NCBI GenBank assembly: GCA_009602725.1
Contig: WELB01000023.1
Span: 385,637 to 407,071, forward strand
Length of the DNA: 21,435 bases
Direction of reading: 5' to 3'
DNA from: Spirogloea muscicola
Taxonomy: Eukaryota
Below the pieces are notes generated by a model. The model did no database searches. It was not told the origin of the DNA and was given only the letters and a program-made list of their open reading frames with translations. Position numbers and translations under genes: made by a program. Below, piece after piece: positions 10,433 through 19,849 of the stretch; within the stretch, counting starts at the first letter, position 1; each line of letters begins with the position of its first letter.

Positions 10433-11944
10433 CGCCGGCGCCGCAGCGGGGACGGGCGTCCAGACGACGGCGCGGGGCCGCTGCTCCGAGCCGGAGGCGC
10501 CGGCGAGCAAGGCGGCGCGGGGTACTGGTGAGCTGCAGGCCACGGGCGCCATGCACGCTGACGGCGCGCCACGCCGGATGGCATGGCGGCGAAACTCCTT
10601 GGCCGTGAACAATCTGATATATCGGCAATAGTGCTGCAGAAGCCTTCTTTATGCGGAGCGGGGCTTGCTGCATCAGTAAGCCCCACGCGGGGAGCTGCAT
10701 CAGTATTTCGTGCAGTCGGCCCTTTCCTGAATCAATCTTACTGATATCCAGTCAAAACAATCACTAAGTGGTCTCTCTGGAGGCTCAGAGAGGCGCTGTG
10801 GTTGGGCAGGCTTCAAGGCGAGCTGCACGGAGGTGAGCGGGCAGCACCAGCAGACGCTCATTAGAGCAAGAGCTTTGATCTACTCCTAGACTTGATTGAC
10901 CGAGAGTGAGGTTGTACAGCCCGGCAGCGGGTATAGAGCAATCCTGCAATACTTGGAAGGAGCATGCGAGCGTGACCGCCGCCGTTCAAGTGCAGGGCGT
11001 AGCAGGACGTCGAGGGTGCAAAGGTCCAGCCCGATTACGGTCGCCTTCGCTGCATGATCGAGCGCCAGAGTGTGAACCTCGGGACGTGCAAGTCTCTGAG
11101 CACTTGGCTCCAAATATAGTCACCCGACATGCGCAGCGAAGCAAATAGCTACCAGTGACTAATTCTGCATGTGTGTGCGAGGAAGGAAGAACAGCGGACA
11201 TCAAGCGACTGAAGGCCAGAGCGGCCAGAAACAGGCAACCACATCAACATCTACAGAGCCCTTGCTGCTATGATGACTGGGTATGCGGAAGTCAGCATGT
11301 TAAATTCGCGTACCAAAATCCCAATAAAGGGCAGCATACTAAGCCCCTTGGTCACCAGCTGGAGGTTGCCTAGCTCTCCAGCTGCTGACACGGGGGTATT
11401 GAGGGCGCCTAGCCTTTGGCTCCGTCATGAACACCTGTATGCATCTGGCTGGCATTTCACAGCCGATTCTTTCATATCAGCAGCCGCTTTATTTCCAGAG
11501 CATGGGTCTGAGCGCGCAGCAGACTTACTGAACTGTCGCGGCGGAAGAACGAGAGCACTGCCGCCGGCAAGCACCTCTTAGCCAAAAGCACGTCCTCACA
11601 GCTTGCTAGCCGTGGGCTGCTCCTAAGAAGACCGCTCGGAAGCACTGCTCGCTCCCTCGTGAGCGCCGAACGCGGCTGCCGGTACTGCGGGGCAGCTGAC
11701 AGCCAGCCGAGTGCACACAGAGGTGATCGGGGGTCTAGCGATCACACCACGCGAAGCCGCAATTGGGTTCAAACAGCTCGTCCAATGTAAGGCCATGGCT
11801 GAGAGGCAACAGCCCATTGGAATGTACAAGGATGAAAGGGCCGGACGGCGCTGGGGATTGACGAAGTAGCGTAGCTTGGCAGATTGTGGGAGCGATCAGA
11901 GCGAGGTCCAGTCGGAGCTGCAGCCCTGCAGCTTGGGGCCGTGC

Positions 11945-11982
11945 GAGGAGGGAGGGAGGAGGGAGGGAGGAGGGAGGGAGGG
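11945..11982. repeat. (GGGA/GGA)n purine tract with G-quadruplex potential
   Basis: GAGGAGGGAGGGAGGAGGGAGGGAGGAGGGAGGGAGGG lies about 180 bp upstream of the ATG at 12164. Confidence 0.75.
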
Positions 11983-12163
11983 CGGAGGCCCAGCCGAACG
12001 TCGCGCCCGCGGCGCCGTGACGGCCGCCATGGCGCCGGCGGGCGCATATACCTCCGCGCCTCTGCCACGGCTCCGGGACTCGACTTGTCGAGCAGTACAT
12101 CGCTCCGCTAGTGGCAGCGCTGCTCCGGGTCTTGCTCGCCCGCCAGAGCTGCCGCCGAGCGCC

Positions 12164-14491
12164 ATGGCCGCCTCCTCGCAGCTCGCCCGCGCTGCCGCCG
12201 TGCTGCTGCTCATGGCCGCCTTCCTGGCTGCCGCCGTGCGCGGCCAGGCTCCGGCTGCCGAGGCCGTGGCCGCTGCGGGAGCTGGTGCTGGTGCGACCGA
12301 CGAGCAAGGCCAAGACCCTGCGAGCACTGATGAAGTCCAGGACGACTCCGCCCGTGCTGGCCGCGAAGGGCGCACGCGCGTTGAGAGGCGTAACATGGAG
12401 ATGGAATATGACGATCCGTCTGCAGACTCCCACTCGAGTACGCCATTGCTGCAGGCGCCCACTTGGACGGCTCTGGCAGACAGCTTCATGTCTATATATG
12501 TATGAAGTAGTCCACAAATGTTTGATATATTACAAGAGAGCTCTTGGGGCTCCCCCTGTTTTGCAATAAGTAGAGGAGGAAGTGGAGCTCTGGGTACGGG
12601 ACACTGCATGCATTGTTTTGCACATGCTTCAGATTGAAACATACAAACTAAGTATCTCTTATCTTCAGATGACGATGGAGGGGAGCTTGTCCCGATCATC
12701 GACCAGGACCTGATCGCCTTGGCGCTCAACTTGGAGTATCTTGAGGCCGAGTTCTACTTGAAGTCAGTGTATGGCTATGGCCTTGAGGGCATTGATCCAG
12801 CTCTGACGGGCGGGGGTCCACCATCTATTGGCGGACGACTTGCGAAGCTCTCCCCGGAAGTTCGCGAGATTGCCAAGATGCTGGGATTGCAAGAGGTCGG
12901 CCACGTCAAGTAAGACTGTCTGTGTATGTCGCAGCCGGCGTGATGACCAGCACCAGGGCTCTGCCTCACGTGTTAATACATGTGAAGCACATGCATGCAG
13001 ATGCTGATTGGCGTCGGCCCTGCATGTCTTTAACAAACGCTTCTACTCAGTAGCCTCAAGCTTTTAACATTTGGTTGGCTGTCCAGAAAGTGCAGTCTTA
13101 TGAGTGACATAATTTGCAGATCGAAGGTCATGTTCGTGCATGTTGGATTTGTGGCATCAGGATTTTCCGGGAGTATCTTGGGCCTGACGCCTTCCCAAGG
13201 CCTCCGATCGACATTGGCAAAGTGTGGGCAGTCCTCGGCGAAGAAGCCTTTGGAGCCAAGGATGTGCCATGGGACCCGTATCAGGGAGACGATGCGTGGC
13301 TGCTGGCGGCCTTTGTCATCCCCTACGTTGGTCTAACTGGCTACGTGGGGGCCAATCCTCTGCTGAAGACCATGCAGGCTAAGCAGGTGAGCACTTACTT
13401 CGTTGTCAAGCAAAGTTCAGTAAGCTCAAAGTACGCTCGCAGCCTATCTTCAACATAGGATACTTGTCATCATCCCCGGGTAAACAGAGCATACTTTTTC
13501 ACTAATGCTTTCGTTATTCCTCCAGGTGTGCAGCATAGGTAGATTGTAGGCTGCAATTTGCTCCTAGTCAATCAGGAATCGCAGTCATCTCTGTAGCGGC
13601 AGCAACGGCAGCATTCTATGCAGCTTGGGCATCATATGCACACACAGATCTGTAGCTTGACTATGATGGCATCTTGCTGACCTCGCTCGCTGGGTCTCGG
13701 CTGCTGTTGACCGCATGTGCAGATTCTGGGTGGTGTGCTTGCTATTGAGGCAGGCCAAGACGCCATGCTTCGCACGCTGCTTTACCAAATGAAAAAGCAC
13801 ACTGTCTATCCCTATGGATTGAAGGTAGTGCATGGCCTCCTCTGCATTATGTGAACCAGTGGCCAGGTTGATGTTGGACAGCCAGGCTCTTGACTGCATG
13901 CAAACTGCATAACATTATGATATCCCCCTTATGCAGAGGTTCATTGTGCAAGCTGAAGCTTGAGCTTCTTGATGTACGCGTCGTCCTTTCTCAAAATCCA
14001 ATCTTGTTTCCTCGGTTGACTGTGAAGATCGAAGATATAACGGGAGGTATTGTGAAGCTTCGCCAGCGACTGAATGGCAAGGGTGCACCAATCAATGAGC
14101 AGGTCAGCATAGCTGTCCTCTACGTTGTATTCTTAGCAGTCTGAAGTAAATTGCTGCCACTCACAGAGCTCTTGATGAATCTTGACGGGATTGATAGAAA
14201 GTTGGATCTAATCAGCAGCTGGACTGATTGACACAACTGTTGTGGACTCTGCAGAACATTGTTGTCCCACCTCTGGAGGGAGCTGAGCACAAAACCTGGA
14301 CGAACATTCTTGCACGAAACGAGACGTCGCTGGCTTTCCCACGCATCCCCGCAGAGGTCCTGAGTGTGGTCTATGGGACCGGCCACGCAGAGCTTCCTGG
14401 TGGTTTCTTCCCCAAGGGAGCTGGTGGAAAGATAGCCGAAGCCTACCTTGCCAAGAAGGGCATAGGCTCCAATATGAGCCCGTGTATGTAA
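12164..14491 (+). CDS. PCC13-62: Desiccation-related protein PCC13-62-like (secreted ferritin-like domain), copy 1
   Basis: Signal peptide MAASSQLARAAAVLLLMAAFLAAAVRG-Q. Exons: 12164-~12437 (donor uncertain, must be phase 1), 12669-12909, 13161-13386, 13723-13824, 14028-14102, 14255-14491. Family motifs: ALNLEYLEAEFY, LTGGGPPSIGG, QEVGH, FPRPPID, PYVGLTGYVGANP, EAGQDAMLRTLLY, VYGTG..PGGFFPKGA.G.IA. Confidence 0.92.
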
Positions 14492-15051
14492 CGTGAATCA
14501 CAACTGCAGAGCATCAGCAAGCTGTGGCGATTTTGGTTCCCTGTCAATATTAGTGAGACAAATAGTGAGTCCGGTGCTGAGAAACTTGGCATCGAATTTT
14601 GAGTGGCATACCTGACTGAAGCTTGCTGCAGCAGTCATTGACTTTATTCGACTTTTTATATTTCTCAGCATCATTATTGCTTTGACATATTTGACATATT
14701 TGATGGCTAGTGCGTTCTTGGGCAACCCAGCACTTTACCAACACGCTTACATATGTTATGCACAACATGAGACGGATGTATGTGAGAAGTATGGTGTAAA
14801 CTCCGTCTGGTTCTATTCAGGGCAGAATCCTTCCTCTCTGGGCATACTATACAACGTAGTTGACATGTATACCAACTAGCAGCCCGCTGAGAGAGCAAGA
14901 GGACAAGGTTCGGAAGCAGCCGAGACCGCAAATCACGCAGCTACGCAATGAACAAGGCAAGCAGCTATTATCTCAGCTATTATTATTATTATCTATAGGC
15001 GAGCCTTCTTTCCGATGGAGGGCCTGTGTGGGAGTATAAACCCAAACGGGC

Positions 15052-15224
15052 AAGGGCTGTGAAGCCAGCCCTAAAATATTTGACAAGGTTCAAAGGGGTC
15101 AAAAGCGCTGGCTCAGAACGGGGAAAGGAAGCGATTAGTCATTCATCCTTCCCCGGTCCTGAGCCCACGCTTTTGGCCCCTCCGAACCTTGTCAAATCTT
15201 CTCGGGCTCGCTTTCACAGCCCTT
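15052..15224. repeat. Imperfect inverted repeat with about 80-bp arms and a 12-nt spacer
   Basis: 15052-15131 aligns to the reverse complement of 15144-15224 with about 13 mismatches and one gap by manual count. Confidence 0.9.
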
Positions 15225-15259
15225 TTGGGATAGCCACTTCTCTCTTTTGACCCCTGCCC

Positions 15260-15366
15260 GTATTATGTAGCCTTGTTTAGTCTGCACTCGACTCTGCCTG
15301 AACAATGGATTGGCTTGAATTGGCCTCCCTTTCAATTCATGCTCCCCGCGCGCCTTCTCTCTTTTT
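15260..15366 (+). mobile_element. Approximately 100-bp subfamily C 3' end with target-site duplication
   Basis: Flanked by CTTCTCTCTTTT(T)GACCCCTGCCC at 15237-15259 and 15354-15377. Homologous to 6238-6357. Confidence 0.8.
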
Positions 15367-16269
15367 GACCCCTGCCCATAGAGAGATGGCTCGCCCAATG
15401 AGAGAAGGCGCGCGGGGCGCATGATTTGAAAGGGAGGCCAAAGAAGACGAGGGGCTCATAGGGCAGTAGCAGCCGCAAGTCGGCAGGACTGGGCAGGTCC
15501 AACTGACGAGAGGCTCTTCCATTGGGCCAGAAGGCTTTGAACCGCTTAAAACGGGCTGCGCGGCCGGGCGGGGAAGTCGCCATCTGGCTTACTTCTCGGC
15601 GAGTCAGAGCGCCGGGCGCACCGTCAGCGGGCGCCACGCGCCCCGTACAGTTGGCGTGGCGGCTCGGCCGCCGCCCACGCGGCGGTCGCTTCCCTGGCGC
15701 GCGCCCGGAGCGATCTGGGGGCGGGAGTGGGGGAAGGAGAAGCTTCCATCTGTTAGAAGCAGCTGTTCTGGAAGAAAGAAGCAGCTCCTCCAACGGCAGG
15801 CACTGGCTGTGGCCAACCCAAAAGGAATGTCTTGAGAGCGATGGGCTACGAAAGGAGGAGACATCGGAATCGCTACCCAATGCAAGGCAATGGCTGTGAG
15901 AGGCAGCCAAAAGTGGCATAAGAGCGAAGAGAAAGAAGCTCTACGGAAGGGAATGGAAATGCCTCTCCACGAGTGGGGGCGATAGGAGTGATACAAGAAA
16001 GAGCTCTTCAAGGGGGGCGAGGGTGCTAAGGGCCAGCCCAAACAGCATGACAAGGTCCTCAAATGGCGATCTGAAAGCTCATACGAAGGCATTCGAAGGG
16101 GGCGAGAGCTGTGAAAAGCCAGCCCGAAAGGGGGCTAGAGCTGGGACGGAAGAAAGAGAGAAAAAGGCGCTAGGTGCGCATGGAATGAAAGGGTGGCCGA
16201 ACTCAGGGCCACTACATCTCAAGCCACTACACTGTTCAGGCAAAAGCTAGTGCAAACAAGCGGAAGAAA

Positions 16270-16281
16270 ACGTGGACGTGG
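16270..16281 (+). promoter_or_regulatory. Tandem ACGTGG (ABRE-core-like) motifs upstream of PCC13-62 copy 2
   Basis: ACGTGGACGTGG lies about 320 bp upstream of the ATG at 16599. Confidence 0.35.
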
Positions 16282-16598
16282 GACTCCGGGTACAGCCGGG
16301 GTGGGGGACGCAGGCGCGGTCAGCGCGCGGCCAGAGGAAGGAAGGCCGGCCGGGAGCTGGCCAGGGGGCGAGAGACCTGGGCACGCACTGTGGAGGACCC
16401 GGGGAGGGAGAGAGGCTGGGGGAGGGAGGTCGGCATAGCGGGCCCCTGCAGCGGGCCCCCCTGGCTCTGGAGCTGCGATAAGGCCCCACTCCTTGCAGTG
16501 CGGGACATCAGCTCGACTCCTCACGCGCCCACGCAGCCCACCTCCCACCCCCCCTCCCCCCCCCCTCTGGCCGCCGCTCGCCTGCCTGCCTGCCCGCC

Positions 16599-18446
16599 AT
16601 GAAGGCCGCCGCTGCCGCCGCCGCCGTCGCCCTGCTCCTCTGCGCGACCGCTGGCGCCGCCGTCGCGCAGAGCCCTCCGCCGAGCACGAAAGGTGCGCTG
16701 CGCGGCAGCCCGTGATGCGATGAGCTGATATCTCCACTTTCTGCTGGAAGTGCAGCAAGTGCTTAAGGATGCAGCGAGCTTTGGAACGGAAGCTTCTATA
16801 ATCCTGCGAGAGACGAGAACTAGCAGCTAGAAATAAAGAGAAGACAATCAAAGAGAAGTGTACAAATTTACTTTGGTGAATCATTGGTAGTGGGATGAAG
16901 TGCTCCGTCCTCTAGCTGGCATGCTCGATTGGAGGTCTTCTTATGGAGCACCTCCGTCTTGGCTTCTGCAGTGCCCATCACCGACAACTTCACTGACTAC
17001 GAGCTCTTCCAGCTTGCCCTGAACCTTGAGTACCTCGAGGCTGAGTTCTACCTCTTCTCCGCCTATGGCTATGGCCTCGACAAGCTCGCGCCAAGTCTCA
17101 CCGGCGGAGGCCCTCCTCCTATTGGAGGACAGAAGGCTGTGCTGTCCCCGGACGTGGAGGCCATTGCCCAGATGCTCGGGCTTCAGGAGATAGGGCACAT
17201 CAGGTCCGCACACCTGAAGCAGCCACTATAGCCTAAGAATGAGCCACGCACTTAGGATGTTGACTTGAACATTCAAACTTTCTGAAGGCAGCCTCTGACT
17301 TGTTCTGCCTGGTTATGTGCAGAATCATCCGCCAGTTTCTTGGAAACAAGGCCTTTCCACGGCCTCTCATAAATATTGGCAGCGTTTGGGAGACGATTGG
17401 GAAGGATGCGCTGCTGCCTGCTACATTCAATCCCTACGTAGGCGATGTTCCTTGGCTTCTGGCAGCGTTCAACATCCCGTACGTTGGCCTCACTGGTTAT
17501 GTTGGCAGCAATGACTATTTGACCAGCAGAACCGCCAAGCACGTGAGTATGCTATGCTCTATTTGGTTGTTATTTAAGGACTTTATGGCCTAGGTGCTAG
17601 TTGGTCGCGTGCTCTATGAGAGCTGTAAATGTTGGAGATTTTATTCAGTTATTGAAAGGTCATCTGGCACTGCTTTGATGAGGATGGGAAGTGTCAGTAC
17701 CACTGTTTGGCAGCATGTTGATATCCATCTCCCCAGTTCACAGGACGCCCACGACATGGTGCCTTCTGACCTTCATGACCGCCCGTGGTCGGTGCCTTCT
17801 TCAGCTGTTGGCGGGCGTACTTGGCGTTGAGGGAGGTCAAGACGCTATGCTTCGAACTTTACTGTGGAGCATTCGGGATAGTACTATTTCTCCTTATGGC
17901 CTGGCTGTGAAGAACATCACTGGTCTGCTTACACACTTAGGCAACATCCTCAACGGCCCCGATGCACCTGGTATTGTCATGGAGGTAAGTAGCTGGGACA
18001 AATATTCCATATATACATCTGGGTATCTTCTGCTATACACATCAGGTTGCACCCGGATTCAGCAATCTTTCCATGTATATCATTTGATGGACTGTGTCCT
18101 TGTCAGTCAAGAAAAATTGCATGTGAAATTGCTTGCACTTGGAGTTGAAGATGTTTAATACAGTCTTAATAGAGAATTGTCCTTCATTATTCTACAGCTT
18201 CAAAGCAAAGAGCTTTGTCGTTGATGTCAATTTCTGCAGAACATTGTGGTGCCTCCATCACAAGGAGCGGAAGGAAAGACCAGTACCAACATCCTTTCTG
18301 CAAATGGTTCCTCGGTTTCATATCAGAGAACTCCTGGCCAGGTCCTGGCCACCGTCTATGGAAGCAAGGATCCGTTTGTACCTGGCGGTTTCTTCCCAAA
18401 GGGTGCAAATGGAGCAATTGCCAGGTCATATTTGAATCCAGCGTAA
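16599..18446 (+). CDS. PCC13-62: Desiccation-related protein PCC13-62-like (secreted ferritin-like domain), copy 2
   Basis: Signal peptide MKAAAAAAAVALLLCATAGAAVA-Q. Exons 16599-16692, 16972-17203, 17323-17542, 17805-17984, 18240-18446, all GT-AG and in phase. Motifs: LALNLEYLEAEFY, QEIGH, FPRPLIN, PYVGLTGYVG, VEGGQDAMLRTLL, PGGFFPKGANGAIA. Confidence 0.94.
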
Positions 18447-19227
18447 ATGGTTGGTATGCACATGGCTGACACTCCCGGAGGTTTTGGGCTGTGAACATTT
18501 GGCCAAGTAATGGTAGTGACGTGCAGCAGTTGTATGTACAGCACAAAGACAGATACAGAGACAGATCTCTCTGTAGCTCGTAACCGGCTGCCACCACCTA
18601 ACCCAGTCACGACATTAGTAGATTTCGCAGAGTTGTGCAATCATGTACTCTACTCTAGGCAACACATGAGACCAAGCCAAGTATCAGGCTTAGCAGAAAG
18701 CTCATGGCTTCTATTGCTTAGCTGTAATCTTGCGTTGTTCTAAGCACAGTCTGCGGAGCTACTTTGAATGGCACACGTTGCAGGCTAAAGCGTACTCCTG
18801 TGCGGCAATGTGCTACTTAGTTCGGGCATGCAATGCTTGACAAGAGTGTATTTAGATTCTCCTCTTTCAGTGCGGACAATAGTTTGCCATATGATGATGT
18901 GTGCCAAGAATACCGAGCGTAAGAATTTGCAAGGACGGAATAGCCATGGCCTCTTGATTGGCTCGTTATCACCAGTACAAGCGCTTGTGGTTGAGACCTT
19001 AGGTCGGCCAGTACACAGGTCGTTGACGCGCTCGAAAAGTAGCTGGAGAGCAAGTGGGTTCTTCAGAGGAAAGGCACGCAGTGCGCATGCCATGAAGGGT
19101 AGGTCAGACCGAGCTGATGCAATGTTCATACGAAAGGTGAAGGAAGTGGAACAGGATGGAGTAACATAGAAACCTAAAAGTGAGGCCAAGAGGTTCAAGG
19201 GGCACAGGATGGAATTATGGCTGGAGG

Positions 19228-19340
19228 AGAGAAGAAGCGAGAGCTCCCATACCCACCATTGATTTTTCTGGGCTGGCCTCTCCTGGAAGCGTCTTTCTCC
19301 ACTTCCAGCCGTAGCCCCCGTTGGAAGAGCTTCTTATCGA
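19228..19340. mobile_element. Short retrotransposon 3'-end remnants
   Basis: GAGAAGAAGCGAGAGCTCCC is a minus-oriented end. TTTTTCTGGGCTGG...CCAGCCGTAGCCCCCGTTGGAAGAGCTTCTT is plus-oriented and resembles the reverse complement of 975-1027. Confidence 0.55.
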
Positions 19341-19443
19341 CGACGCCAGTGGTGGAAGCAGAATAGCTCGGTCGCGGGGTGATTTCTTTTCTTTCTATTC
19401 TTCGAATGGCTGCAGACACAGAAAGCGCGGCTGTGCATACAGA

Positions 19444-19693
19444 GGTAGGGCTCGCCCATTGAGGATAGGGGCTGGAAAAGCCAGCCCAAAAAAGAATAAA
19501 CAAAGTACGAGAAGGGGGCCAGAGGAAGCGCTAAGAAAGAAAAGCACACAAAGAAAGAAAGCAGCTACAAATCACTCAGTAACCCCTGCTAAGCACCCGC
19601 AAATCAGAGAGGCTAGGGTCCTGAAAGTGGGTCCCCTGGCCAGAGCCAGAGGCAGCAGCAAGAGCCCGGCCGGCACGAAGGTGCAGCACACGG
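19444..19693 (-). mobile_element. 5'-truncated subfamily A copy with 9-bp TSD
   Basis: Encodes RVLHLRAGRALAAASGSGQGTHFQDPSLSDLRVLSRGY* plus the full 3' UTR. Flanked by GCATACAGA at 19435-19443 and 19694-19702. Confidence 0.88.
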
Positions 19694-19849
19694 GCATACA
19701 GAAGAGAGAAGTGGTACTCCCAATGGGGGCAAGGGCTGCGAAAAGCCAGCCCAAAAGAATTGACAAAGGTTCGAAGGGGCCTAAGAGCGTTGAGCAGCTA
19801 CAAAGGGGCCTGAGGATGCGATGGGAAAAACAGGGGGAGGATGGATCAC

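Larger units (their letters stand above)
14995..16200. mobile_element. Large cluster of stacked retrotransposon 3'-end fragments between the two PCC13-62 genes
   Basis: Subfamily D ends (15040-15131 minus, 15144-15248 plus) match the 19703-19790 UTR. Subfamily C ends lie at 15260-15366 (plus) and 15400-15441 (minus). A C-terminal coding remnant ASRQLDLPSPADLRLLLPY lies at about 15458-15514 (minus). Further purine-run/GCTC/CAGCCC-type units lie at about 15772, 15930, 15995 and 16105. Confidence 0.75.

Noticed and set aside
18785..19198. 137-aa and 119-aa overlapping ORFs
   Set aside because: No domain motif or splice-supported structure; treated as intergenic.
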